A stretch of DNA of 64,000 bases from the human T2T-CHM13v2.0 reference genome, Homo sapiens, in assembly GCF_009914755.1 (NCBI RefSeq), contig NC_060928.1; one strand, written 5' to 3'. Below the pieces are notes generated by a model, which had not been told where the DNA came from, ran no database searches, and was given only the letters and a program-made list of their open reading frames with translations. The position numbers were made by a program, and so were the translations under genes. Numbering within the stretch: position 1 is the stretch's first letter; each line of letters starts with the position of its first letter. Shown piece by piece: positions 46,737 to 59,540 of this stretch.

Positions 46737-47360
46737 CAGTTGATTCTCATTTACAGTAATTATTTTCTATACAGTCACTGTGAATGCTGAATTAGCATAG
46801 CTTTTGCCGGAAAGAAAGGGTTATGTTCCTGCAAATCTCTGGCTATGTTTTTGTCAACTGACTGTTAACATAACCTTGTTTTACGTGTGTTTCTGTTTAA
46901 AAAATCTAATACTTGTTGATTCATTAACACTGTACTCATGGCCAACAGCACTGTAACTTATGCTTGACTGAAGCTTCTCTAACACACATATTTTCTCCGT
47001 AAGATGCATCACAGCCGTTTGGTACTAAGAAACACCGGCACACTTTAGCTCTGTGCTTGAGGGCCATATCACAAAAAGTACAAAAATTCAAAAAAATAAA
47101 TAAATAAACCCCACCCATGTATCACTAAGCAGAACTGAAAAAGGACACATTATAAGAGCTGCAACAAAAAGACAGAGCAGGAATTTTTTCTACCTTTGCT
47201 GGAAACAAGCACGTTGTGTGACTCAAATTTTGTTACTCCTCTGTGCACATTCATGAATGACCGTAACAGTGCCATGAGTATTGATTTTTCTAATTACAAA
47301 TAAATTTTAGCAGGTAGATGAAATCAGAAATACAGAATCCACAATATTGAGGATCAACCG
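46737..47360 (-). mobile_element. MER82-like TcMar-Tigger non-autonomous element
   Basis: TA-flanked TIRs cagttgattctcatt ... attgaggatcaaccg; gagtattgatttt ... ttacaaataaattttagc. Confidence 0.8.
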
Positions 47361-47364
47361 TATC

Positions 47365-50170
47365 TCTCTACTCTAGAGCTTACCAAACGGCATTGTACTA
47401 TTGATTTACATGACTATGCTCCATTCTAAGCCAAATTCCTTGAGAACAGTGATAGGTCCTTTCATCTTGTTTTAAATTTTTTTAACTTAGGACATCTCTT
47501 TGTCTCTTGCAGACTGATTCTATCCCTCATGCCTACAGTGACCTGATTCTTGGGCTTAGGGACAACAACAAACTCCAAGGCATATTTTTAAGGTGAAATC
47601 TCAATAGAAAATTCTACCCTAGCCAAATTTAGCTGGAAGTCACTGCTGCCACAGCATGTTTTTACTTATCTCTGGCTAACACTTCCTTATCCCCTTTTGA
47701 AGATCTTCCAGTTGCTGTGCTCTCAAAACCTCAATCCACTATCAACTCTATTCTCTTGAGATGCTTCCAGCATTTCTGAGATCAAGGTCATCCAATGTAT
47801 AGTCTTCCCATTTTTCTACTTTCACTTCAAAATGTCTCATCATTTTTCTCTATCTTCCCCTCTTCATCTATTCCTTAAAAACATCATTTTTCCACTCTTT
47901 ACATTGTCCCACATTTCTCATGTCCTTGCATCCATCCCTCCCTTGTTCTTCTAGCTTTGTCTGTCTACTTCTGTCCTCATTCCTTCTCCTTGACCTGCAA
48001 TTCCCTCAAATCTCTCCTTTAAGATGTCTTTCCTTTCCTTCCTTTACCCACAGCAACTTTTGAAAAGTAGTTTGCATTCTCTCCCATCACTCTACTCCTC
48101 AGCTCTTGGCTTCTACCTCCAACCTTCACTGAAACTGGTATCTTCATAGTCACCAAACCCACTGGCCTTTTCTCAGGCCATAGCTACTTAGACTTATAAC
48201 ATTTGGTCCTATTGACAATTCTCTCTCTTGAAACTCTCCCCTTTGACTTCCACACAGAACTGCAAGTTTTTCTCTTTTATCTCTAATTGTTCTTTGCCTC
48301 CTTTGGCTGTTTCCCCAAGTTACAATACCCGGTCTCATCTTATTTTGCCCCATTTTGCAATAGACATTTTGGTGCAATTGAAAGCATGGGCTTTTGAGTG
48401 ACCAGACCTGGGCTTGACTCTTAACTCCCCACAGTTCTAGCCACAGTGACATTGGGAATTTGTTTCTGTGAATCTCAATAATACCTACTATATAAGGATG
48501 CTATAAATAATGAAATATATGTGAATAAGGTAGCATAGTGCATGCACAAATTAAGTGGCCAATAAAAGACAGTTCTTCCACTGACCTCTCTTCCACTTTA
48601 AGGGCATTATTGTCTCTCAGGAATCTTATTAGCTCCTGCTGCCTAGATCTGCCTGACAGGCTAAATTATCTTGGAAGGAGACTGTCCTCATGAAATAGAG
48701 ATTCTTGCAGCCAGGTCAAGCTGCGAGGCATGTCACTCAGAAGTCATTCATAGACTCTCTGTGTCAAAAATGGAGGAGGAAAGCTATAGTTCAATGTAGT
48801 TCTGACAATGAAGGTTATGAGAAACCAAATTTACATGACAAAATGAAGGAAATTGACAAGAACATAAACAGAAAATAGAGCCAGTGGTTTGCCTTAGAAG
48901 AATTTGAGAGGTAGCAGAATGAGATGTGAAGTAGCTAGAACCAGACAGTTGAGGACCTAAACCTAAAAATGCTAGCTCATTCCATAAGAAATTGTTTTTA
49001 TTCAGCCCCTGTCCCTCTTGGCCAGAGTGGTGACTAATTTGGGGGAGAAAATGAGTATATTCAATGATCTTGCAATGAGGCAGACTCAGCGTGGACTCCT
49101 GCATCATCCACTTAAAGTTTTGGGACTCAGGCAAGTTCTTCAGAAAGACAGCATAACAGAGGTTAAGAGCATGGACTCAAGGTTCAGTCTAGGTGGGATA
49201 AAATCTCAGCTCAGCCACTTAACAGTGGGATGCTGGACACAGTTTCTTCGCCCATAACTCAAAGACAATTAGCAGTACCTACCTCATAGAGATTTTATGA
49301 AGATTAAATAGCTTAATATTTGTAAAGGGATTAATAGGGTATCTGCCATGCCATAAGTACTGTAAAGTGGTTTGTGATATAAATACACTTAATCTTTTAT
49401 GTCTCAATTTTTACATGTGTTTAGTAAGAAAAATGCAACTTCAAGTAATTGATTTGAGGATTAAATGAGATAAGGTGCATATACAACTCTTAAAATACCT
49501 AGCATAAAAGAAAAAACATCAATGATTTCTGTTATAAATTAAGTGACCCAAACTAGGTAAAATGCATAAAACATCAAATATGATTATTTTGAAGAAACTT
49601 TTTATATATGTAGTTTTGACCCCCAACTCACTCTTAAATACTGGATGCATGTTCCTATATGCTCACTAAAAATGTGCACACAGTCTTCATAGAGACAACA
49701 CAAGCTCAACAAATTCAAAGCTGAATGCATCCACTCTCTCCCTAAATCTTTCTTTTTCTTCTTTTATTTTATAGTACAGACACCTTCTCTCTAGGAATCC
49801 TCAGTACCCACAATTGTAGAGGTTCTGGATACTCAGCTTCAAGGCAAATATCAAAGCATTTTCCTCAACAAAAGAGCTCTCTTGCTAAAAAATGACTTGT
49901 TGCTTCTTGCTAAGAGAATGAAAATTCCCCTTTACCATAGCTAATATTTTTAAGGACTCACTCTGAGCACTTTACATCTATTACTTCATTTGATCCCAAC
50001 AAGAACCCTATGAAATAGGTACTACAATTATTTCCATTTTATGGATGGAAAAGCTGAGGCATGGAAAATATAAGTGCATTGCCCAAATCTTACAGCAAGA
50101 AAATAGTAGAGCTGCAATTTGAATCCAGATAGTTTAACTTCAAAGAATGAGTTATTAATTGGTCTATTAT
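47365..50170. mobile_element. L2 and MIR debris (L2 ~47365-48330 and 49600-49750; MIR ~48370-48575, 49145-49500, 49930-50170)
   Basis: ttctctctcttgaaactctcc; gtacctacctcatagagattttatgaagattaaat; attttatggatggaaaagctgaggc. Confidence 0.65.
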
Positions 50171-50335
50171 ACTGCCCCAACCTTGATAAATGTAAGTAAT
50201 TTTTGATAGTTATTTGCTTAAAAGTCTTTAATGACTCTGTTAAACCTCCTTGGACGGTGATTTAGGACCCTTCCTGATCTACTTCCAAGTTTTCTTTTTT
50301 AATTTATCTTCCTTTACTTCCTTTTGAATACTACT

Positions 50336-50629
50336 TTTTTTTTTTTTTTCAGACAGAGTCCCCACTCTGTTGCCCAGCCTCTAGTGCAGTGCTACGATCT
50401 TGGTTCACTGTAACCTACCTACACTTCCTGGGTTCAAGCAGTTCTCATGCCTCAGCCTCCCGAGTAGCTGGGATTAGAGGCGTGCACCACCACACCTGGA
50501 TTTTTGTATTTTTGGTAGAGACGGGATTTCGCCCTGTCAGGCTGTTCTCGAACTCCCGACCTCAGGCAATCCATCCACCTCAACCTCCCAAAGTGCTGGG
50601 ATTACAGGTGTGAGCCATCACGCCTGGGC
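50336..50629 (-). mobile_element. Older Alu (S/J boundary)
   Basis: Diverged dimer; TSD-like actactttt / actacattt. Confidence 0.9.
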
Positions 50630-51085
50630 ACTACATTTCTAATACCTTTCCTTCAATGTTTCTACCTTCCTGCCTTCATGCATTTGTGCATACAGTCTCT
50701 TCTGCCTAGAAAGCTTATTTGTGCAATGTAGTGGATTCTAATCACATCCAATTTATGTGGACAACACATCATAGCGCTAATTAACAGAAGAACACAACAC
50801 AACAGTTAGAGATCTATTTAGTGGCAAATGATATTAAAAGTTTTCTCTTGGAGATAGATTCTTAAAGCAGGAGGCAACACAGTAAAGTCCCAGTTAATGC
50901 CATGGCACCTCCAATTTCCCAAAGTCTTTACCAGAATACTAATACTGCACATGTTGCAAGGTTCTGCCATTCTCATCATGTGGAGTAGCTGAAGGTCAGA
51001 ATTTACTGCCCTTCTATCCCTTCTGACTGTTGTTGGAATCCGGGAAATATGCCTACCTGTTAAGAAATGCAAATATGCAAAGTAA

Positions 51086-51505
<420 letters not shown>

Positions 51506-53898
51506 TGAATTTGTTTGAAGGTCAAAGAGCTCATATTCAGGTCCCAACAGCATATTTTAAAGATAGTCTTGAATCCAGTTGATCTTTCACAGAACCTTCT
51601 TTCCCAGACACTCCAAGTCATAAACTGCTCTTTCCCTCATCTGAATCCCAAAGTTGTTCTGCTTGATAATATTTTTGTATTTCATATATGGGGAGAGTAG
51701 CCACTTCCTGAATGTTTAACAGCAATTTGGTAATAAATATTTCAGGGAGTGACATCAACAAAATGGTGCAGTAGGAGATTCCAGCCCTCATCCCACCATT
51801 CTTTGAGCTGAATGTTTGTGTCCTGCCCACCTCCCCCAATACCAAATTCATACATTGAAATCCTGTCCCCCAAGGTGATAGTATTAGAAAGTGGAGCGTT
51901 TAGGAAGAGATTAGATCATGAGGGCGGAGCCTCAATATTTGTATTAGAGCCCTTATAAAAGAGATTCCAGATGGATAATTCATCTCATTTACCATGTGAT
52001 GACACAAGAAGAAGTAGGCAGTCTGCCATCCAGAAGGCAACTCTCACCAGGAGCTGGGCCATGCCGAGACCCTGATATCAGACTTCTAGTCTCAAAAACT
52101 GTGAGAATTAAATTTCTGTTGTTTACAAGCCACCCAGCTTATGGTATAGGCATACCTGTTTTACTGCCCTTTGCTTTATTGAGCTTGGCAGATATTACCT
52201 TTTCCACAAATTAAAGGTTTGTGACAATCCTGCATCGAACAAGTTTATCTGTCATTTTTCCAACAGCACATTCTCACTTCATGTCACTATGTCGTATATT
52301 GGTAATTCTCACAATATTTCAAACTTTTTCATTATTATTATATTTGTATGGTGATATGTGATTAGTGATCTTTGATGTTAGCATTGCAATTGATTGGGAG
52401 CAGCACAAATCATACTCATATACGATTGCAAACTTAATCGATAAATGTTGTGTGTGCACGGGCTGCTCCACTGACCAGTAGTTCCCCCATTTATGTTTCT
52501 GCTCTTGAGTGTCTCTATTCCCTGAGACACAATGATACTGAAATTAGGCCAATTAATAACCCAGCATGGCCTCAAGTGTCCAAGTGAAAGGAAGAGTCAC
52601 ATGTCGAAACAATTAGCTTAGTGAATAAGGCATGTCAAAAGCCAGGATAAGCCAAAAGCCCATGCCAAACAGCCTCAAGTTGTAAACACAAAGGAAAAGT
52701 TCTTGACAGAAATTCAAAGTGCACTCCAGTGAACACAAATGATAAGAAAGCGAGACAGCCTTATTGTTGATATGGAGAAAGTTTTGGTGATCTTAATAGA
52801 AGATCAAACCAGCCAAAACTTTCCCTTAAGCCAAAGGCTAATCCAGAGCAAAGTCCTAACTCTCTTCAATTCTCTGAAGACTGAAGGAACTGTAGAAAAA
52901 CATTGTAAGCTAGCAGAGGTTGGTTCATGAGGTTTAAGGAAAGAAGTTATTTTCATAACAAAATTGCAATATTAAACAGCAATTGCTGAAGGAGAAATTG
53001 CAGCAAGTTATCCAGAAGATCTAGCTGAGAATATTTACAAAGGTGGCTACACTAAACAACAGATATTTAATATTAATAAAACAGCCTTATATTAGAAGAA
53101 GATGCTATCTAAGACTTTGATAGCTAGACAGGAGAAGTCATGCCTGATTTCAAAGCTTTAATTAAAGGACAATCTGACTCTCTTATTAGAGGCTAATGCA
53201 GCTAGTGACTTTAAGTTGAAGCCAATGCTCATTTACCATTCTGAAAGTCCTAGGGCCAGTAAGAATTATGCCAAATCTACTCTCCATGTGCTCTATAAAT
53301 AAAACAACAAAGCTTGGATTTCAGCATATCTGTTTATATCACAGTTTACTGAATATGTTAGAACCACTGTTGAGACCTACTGCTTAGAAAAAGAAAAGAT
53401 ATTCTTTTCAAAATATTACTGCATATTAGCAACGTACCTGATCACCCAAGAGCTCTGATGGAAATGTACAAGAAGATTAATGTTGTTTTTGTACCTGCTC
53501 ACTCAGAATCCTTTCTGCTGCCCATGGATCAAGGAGCAATTTTTACTCTCAAATATTATTTAAAAAGTACATTTATAAGGGTATGGCTACCATAGATGGT
53601 GATTCCTCTGATGAATCTGGGCAAAGTAAACTGAAAACTTGGAAAGGATTCACCATGCTAGCTGCCATTAAATTCATTTTATGGGAGGATGTCTAAATAT
53701 CAGCATTAGCAGAAGTTTGGAAGAAGTTTATTTCAGCTCTCATGGATGACTTTGAGGGGTTTAGGACTTCAACAGAAGAAGCATATGCAGATGTGGCAGA
53801 AATAACAGGAGAACTAGAATTTAAAATGAAGCCTCAAGATGTGACTGAATTGCGCAGTCTCATAATAAAACTTGAAAGGGTATGAAGTTGCACTTATA

Positions 53899-53937
53899 GT
53901 CTATGGTCATACCACCCTGAACGTGCCCAGTCTCATC
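53899..53937 (+). pseudogene. 5S rRNA 5' fragment (nt ~1-39), tailless retrocopy
   Basis: gtctatggtcataccaccctgaacgtgcccagtctcatc vs 5S GTCTACGGCCATACCACCCTGAACGCGCCCGATCTCGTC; flanks aagttgcacttata / atgttgcatttatg. Confidence 0.9.
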
Positions 53938-54361
53938 CATGTTGCATTTATGAATGAACAAAGAAAGTGCTTCTTGAAATGGAATCTACTTTTGGTGAAG
54001 ATGCTGTGAACATTGTTTAAATGACAATAAAAAATGTAAAATATACATATGTTTAGTTGATAAAGCAGCAGCAGAGTTTGAGAGGGTTGATTCCAATTTT
54101 GGAAAAAGTTCTACTGTGGGTAAAATGCCATCAAACAGCATTGCATGCTACAGGGAAATCTTTTCTGGAAATAAGTCAATTAATGTGACAAACTTTATTG
54201 TTGTCTTATTTTAAGAAATTTCCAGTGTCAACCCAACCTCCAGCAATCACCACCTTGATGAGTCAGCAGCCATCAACACAGAGGCAAGGCCCTCTACCAG
54301 CAAAAAGATTATGACTCACTGAAGGCACAGATGACTGTTAGCAATTTTTAGCAACACAGTA

Positions 54362-54704
54362 TTTTTTGTTTGTTTTGAGTTTTTTTATTTTATATTTTTT
54401 ATTTTTGAAACAGGGTCTCTATCACCCAAGCTGGAATGCAGTGGCATAATCATGGCTCACTGCAGCCTCAATCTCCCAGACTCAGGTGATCCTCCCACCT
54501 CAGTCTCCTGAACAGCTGGGACTACAGGCATGTGCCACCACACCTGGCTAATTTTTTGTAATTTTCTTTTTCTTTGTAGAGATGGTGTTTTGCTGTGTTT
54601 TTCAGCCTGGAATCAAACTCCTAGGCTCAAGCAGTCTTCCCACCTCAGCCTTCCAAAGTGCTGGGATTACAGGCATAAGCCACAGTACTTTATTGTGCCC
54701 AGTC
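54362..54704 (-). mobile_element. AluJ inside Tigger1
   Basis: J-type motifs atcatggctcactgcagcctc, gatcctcccacctcag and ggctcaagc. Confidence 0.9.
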
Positions 54705-56982
54705 AGTAAGGTATCTTTTAATGAGGGTACGTATATTGTTATTTAGACATAATGCTATTTTGCACTTAATTTACTGCAGTATAGTATAAACATAACTTTT
54801 ATATGCACCGAAAGACCATAACCATTGTGTGACTCACTTTCTTGCAATATTCACTTTAATGCAGTGCTCTGGAATACAACCTGCAATATCTCTGAGGTAT
54901 GTCTGTATTTTGTTATAGCAGCCCAAACAAACAGATACTCCACATAAACAATAACAACATTCATGGATAAAAATAGCTCTGGGAGAATTGTAAAGTAAAA
55001 TTAAGAAGCTAGAGCAACACAGTCAAGCACTAAAACTGAGATGGCCACATATAAAAGTGTAGGAAGTATCTTACCTGTGTCACCTTGTCCCCTAGCTGGC
55101 ACAACTCAGTAACAAAAGGAATCCCCTTGGATGCGGCTTTTCCTTATAGAGGAAAATAAAAATAGAAAACCCCTATCAGCTCTCTCTGCCAAAGACTCCC
55201 ACAGTCTTCAACAACACAGATCCCAGCTGATGGAATGGCCCAGAAATCATGTTTCTATACTAACCTGGATGCAGAGCAGCTATACATGCCCCTGGCTTCT
55301 GGACCTGGCACCACCACCAAACAGCCCCTGGATCCAGTGCCTCCACATGCACACCAGACCCCAGCACTGCTGGAAAACCCATGACCCAGCCCCACTGCAT
55401 ACATACCAGATCCAATGCTACCACACCCCCACTAGACCCAGCACTGCTACATGCCCCCAAACTAGAACGCTTACACATCCTCAGAACCAGTGCCTCAATG
55501 CACTCTTGGAACCTGCATCCCTATACATCCCTGGATCTGATGCCAGATCCAACACTACTATGCAGACCAACCAGCCAGTGCCCTTGTGTCCACCTACAGG
55601 TAAAAAAATTTTCCTATCAAAGTCAGTCCCCAAAGACTGGAACAGGTGACTGCTCCTCCAAATAGGTAGACACCCATGCAAGGATACACACAAGAAGGAA
55701 ACATGACACCACCAACAAAAAACAAAAAAATTCCAGTAAACAACCCCACAAAATGGAGATCTGTGAATTGCCTGACAAGGAATTCATAATAATTATTTTT
55801 AAAATGCTCAGTGATCTACAAAAGAACACAGATTGACAACTCAACAAAGTCAGGGAAACAATGCATAAAAAAATTAGAAGCTAAAGAAAGACAGAAATCG
55901 TTAAAAAGAACTCAATGGAAATTATAGAGCTGAAGAATACAATGAATGAAGTTAAAAATTCATTTTGATCAATAAAATGATCTGTCTTTGAGTTTGCTGA
56001 TTCTTATCAGTCATAAGAGAAAAAAGAAATGTTAAAAACAATGAAGAAAGACAATAAATTTATGGGACACCATTACACAAACTAATACATGCATTACGAA
56101 TGCTCGAGATGGATAAGACAAAGAAAAAAAAGAAAATTTATTTAAGAAATAATGACCAAAAGATGATCAAATCAGAAGAAGAAAATGGGCATCCTGATTC
56201 AAGAATCCCAAAGGACCTCAAATACATTGAACACAAAGAAGTCTATACTGACAGACATTATAATTAAATTGCCAAAAGTCAAAGTCAAAGAGAGGATTTT
56301 GAAAGAAGATAAATGTAACTTGTCTCATATAAGGGAATGTTTTTAAGACTTCCAAAAAATTTCTCAGCAGTAACCTTGCAGGCCAGAAGAGGATGGAATG
56401 CTATATTCAAAATACTCAGAGAAAAAATATTCCAGCTAAGGATATTATACCTGAAAAAAATTATCCTTTAAAAATAAAGGAGAGATAAAGTCTTTCCAAG
56501 ACAAACAAAAACTGAGGGAGTTTGTCATTACTATATCTATCTTACCATATACGCTTAAGGGAGTTACTTAAATTGAAATGAAAACATGCTAAACAGCAAT
56601 GCAAAAGCATATGAATGTATAAATCTTACTGGTGACAATAAATATATAGACAAATACAGTATAACATAACATCGTAATGGTGGTGCATAAGTTACTTTGA
56701 ACCCTAGTACAAAACTTAAAAGGTGAAAACCTTGTCGTATATATACGATGTAAAACAAAAAAAAAGAAAACTCTGACTATAAGAACACAAAATGTGAGTA
56801 CAGTAAGCTACATTTTAGACTTCTTGTATGTGACTAAAGTTGTTGTTTTCAACTTTAAATGGTTAGTTACAATTAAGATATATCACGAAAGCCTTGAGAT
56901 ATCCACAAAGAAAAAAACCTATAATAGAAACACAAAATATAAAGAGAAAAAGTCAAAGCAAATCACTACAAATATTACCATA

Positions 56983-57388
56983 TGATATAGTTTATATATT
57001 TGTCCCCATCCAAATCTCATGTTGAATTGTAATCCGCAGTGGCTGAAGGTGGCGCCTGGTGGGAGGTGTTTGGATCAGGTGGGTTGATCCGTTATGGCTT
57101 GCTGTTGCCTTCATAATAGTAAGTTCTCAAGAGATCTGGTTGTTTAAAAGTGTGGCATTCTCTCTCTCTCTCTGTCTCTCTCTCTCTCTCTTCTGCTTTA
57201 ACCATGTGATGTGCCTGCTCCCACTTCACATTCTGCCATGATTAGAAGCTTCCTGAAGCCTCCTTAGAAGCCAAGCAGATGCCAGCACCATGCTTCCTAT
57301 AAAGACTGCAGAACCATGAGGCAATTATACCTCTTTTTTTTACAAATTACCCAGTCTTAGGTATTTAGAGCAATTCAAGCCTGATACA
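56983..57388 (+). mobile_element. MSTB-like solo LTR inside the L1
   Basis: tgatatagttt ... agaagccaagcagatgccagcaccatgcttcct ... gataca; perfect TSD ccata. Confidence 0.9.
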
Positions 57389-58175
57389 CCATATCACAAA
57401 GGAAGAGTACAAGGATAGAAAAAGAGGAACAAAACAACTGTGAAACAAACAAACAAACAAAATCAGTAAAATGGCAATAGTAAGAACTCACTTAACAATT
57501 ACTTTAAAAGTAAATGCATTAAACTCATCAATCAAAAGGCATAAAATGGCTAAATGTATAAGAAAAGATCCAGTAATATGATGTCTACAAGAGACTCGCC
57601 TTAGATTAAAGGATATGCATAGGTTGAAAGTGAAGTGATAGAAAGACATATTCCATGCAAATGGTAACCACAAGAAAGCAGGGGTGGCTATACATAGACA
57701 AAACTGTCTCTAGAGATAAAGAAGGACATTATCTGATAATAAATGAGTCAATTTAAGAGTAAGATATTATGCAACCAATATCAGAGGACCTAAATAAGTA
57801 AAGCAAATATTAACAGATATAAAGGAGAAATTGACATAAATAAAATAATAGCAGGAGACTTCAAAAGCCCACTTTAAATAACAGATAGAACATCTAATCA
57901 TAATATCAATAAAGAAATAGCTGACCTGAACAACATTACAGACCATACGGACTTAGCAGACATATATAGAACTTCCCACCCTACACTAGAAGATACACAT
58001 TCTTCTCAAGTGGACTTGGAACATTCACCAGAATAGATCATATGCTAGATCACAAAACAAGTTTTAACAAATGTAAAAAGACAGAAATTATTCCAAGTAT
58101 CTTTACTGACCACAGTCAAATGAAACCAGAAATCAATAACAATCAATAACAGAAATCAATAACAGAAAACTGGAG

Positions 58176-59540
58176 GTGTACTCAATGTTTAGCTCCCACT
58201 TATAAGTGAGAATATGCAATACTTGGTTTTCTGCTTCCGCATTATTTTGCTTAGGATAATGGCCTCCAGTTGCATCCATGTTGCTGCAAAGGACATGATT
58301 TCATTCCTTTTCAAGGGTGCATAGTATTCCACGGTGTATATGTTCCACATTTTCTTTATCCAGTTGTTGGATACCTAGGTTGATTCCATGTTTTTGCTAT
58401 TTTGAATAGTGCTGTAGTGAGCATACAAGTGCATGTGTCTTTTTGGTAGAATTATTTCTTTTCCTTTGGATATATACCCAGTAATGCGATTGCTGAGTCA
58501 AATGATTGCTCTGTTTATGCTCTTTGAGGAATCTCCAGACTGTGCTCCACAGTAGTTGAACTAATTTTTATTTCCACCAACTGTGAATTCTCTTTTCTCC
58601 ACAGCCTTGCCAGTATCATCTGTTTTATTTCTGACTTTTTATTTAGTAGCCTTTTTGAATGATGTGAGATGGTATCTCATAGTAATTTTTATATGCATTT
58701 CTCTGATGATTAGTGATGAGCATTTTTTCTTATGTTTGTTGGCTTCCTTGTATATTTTCTTTTGAGCAGTGTCTGTTCAAGTTCTTTGCCCACTTTTTAA
58801 AAGGGATATTTTTTGTAATTTGTTGATTTAAGTTCCTTATAGATTCTGGATATTAGAACTTTGTCAGGTGCATAGTTTGCAAACATTTTCTTTCCTTTTA
58901 CTCTGTTGGTAGTTTCTTTCCTTATGAAGAAGCTTTTTAGTTTAATTTGATCCCACATGTCAATTTTTACTTTTATTGCAATCGCTTTTGGGTAGGTGGC
59001 CAAAAATTCTTCGCCAAGGCCAATGTCAATAAGAGTATCTCCTAGGTTTTCTTCAAACATTTTTATAGTTTGAGGTCTTACATTTGAATCTTTAATCCAT
59101 TCTAAGTTCATTTTTGTATATGGTGAAAGGTAGGGGTACAGTTTCATTCTTCTGCATATGGTTAGTCAGTTATCCCAGAATCATTTATTGAATAGGAAGT
59201 CCTTTCCTTATTGCTTCTTTGGTTGGCTTTGTTGAAGATCAAATGGTTGTAGGTGTGTGACTTTATTTCTGGGTTCACTGCTCTGTTCCATTGGTCTGTG
59301 TGTTTGTTCTTATACCAGTACCATGCTGTTTGGATTATTGTAGCCTTATAGCAGAGTTTGAAGTCAGGTGGTGTGATGCCGCTGGTTTTCTTCTTTTCGA
59401 TTAGGATTGTTTGGGCCCTTTGGGTTCATTTTTTGTTCCATTATATGAAAAATGACTTTGATAGTTTGATAGAAATTGTGTTTAATGTGTAAATGGCTTT
59501 GGGCAGTAATGCCATTTTAAAGATATTGATTTTTCCATGA
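58176..59540 (-). mobile_element. L1PA15/16-like segment (ORF2 end plus partial 3' UTR), inverted, no tail
   Basis: gtgtactcaatgtttagctcccacttataagtgagaa ...; ORF 58797-59147 (-) [20 protein letters not shown] is L1 ORF2-like. Confidence 0.9.

Larger units (their letters stand above)
52147..54905 (+). mobile_element. Tigger1 DNA transposon, essentially full length, transposase disrupted
   Basis: TIRs taggcatacct ... aggtatgtctg with TA TSD; ORF 52739-52930 ([27 protein letters not shown]) is Tigger1 transposase-like. Confidence 0.95.
51800..54940 (+). mobile_element. MLT1A0-like LTR split by Tigger1
   Basis: ctgaatgtttgtgtcc ... aaatttctgttgtttacaagccacccagcttatggta|Tigger1|ttttgttatagcagccc. 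Confidence 0.85.

Noticed and set aside
55131-55649. 172-aa Pro/His/Thr-rich ORF
   Set aside because: Lies in the degenerate repetitive 5' UTR of the host L1; a stop-poor chance frame.
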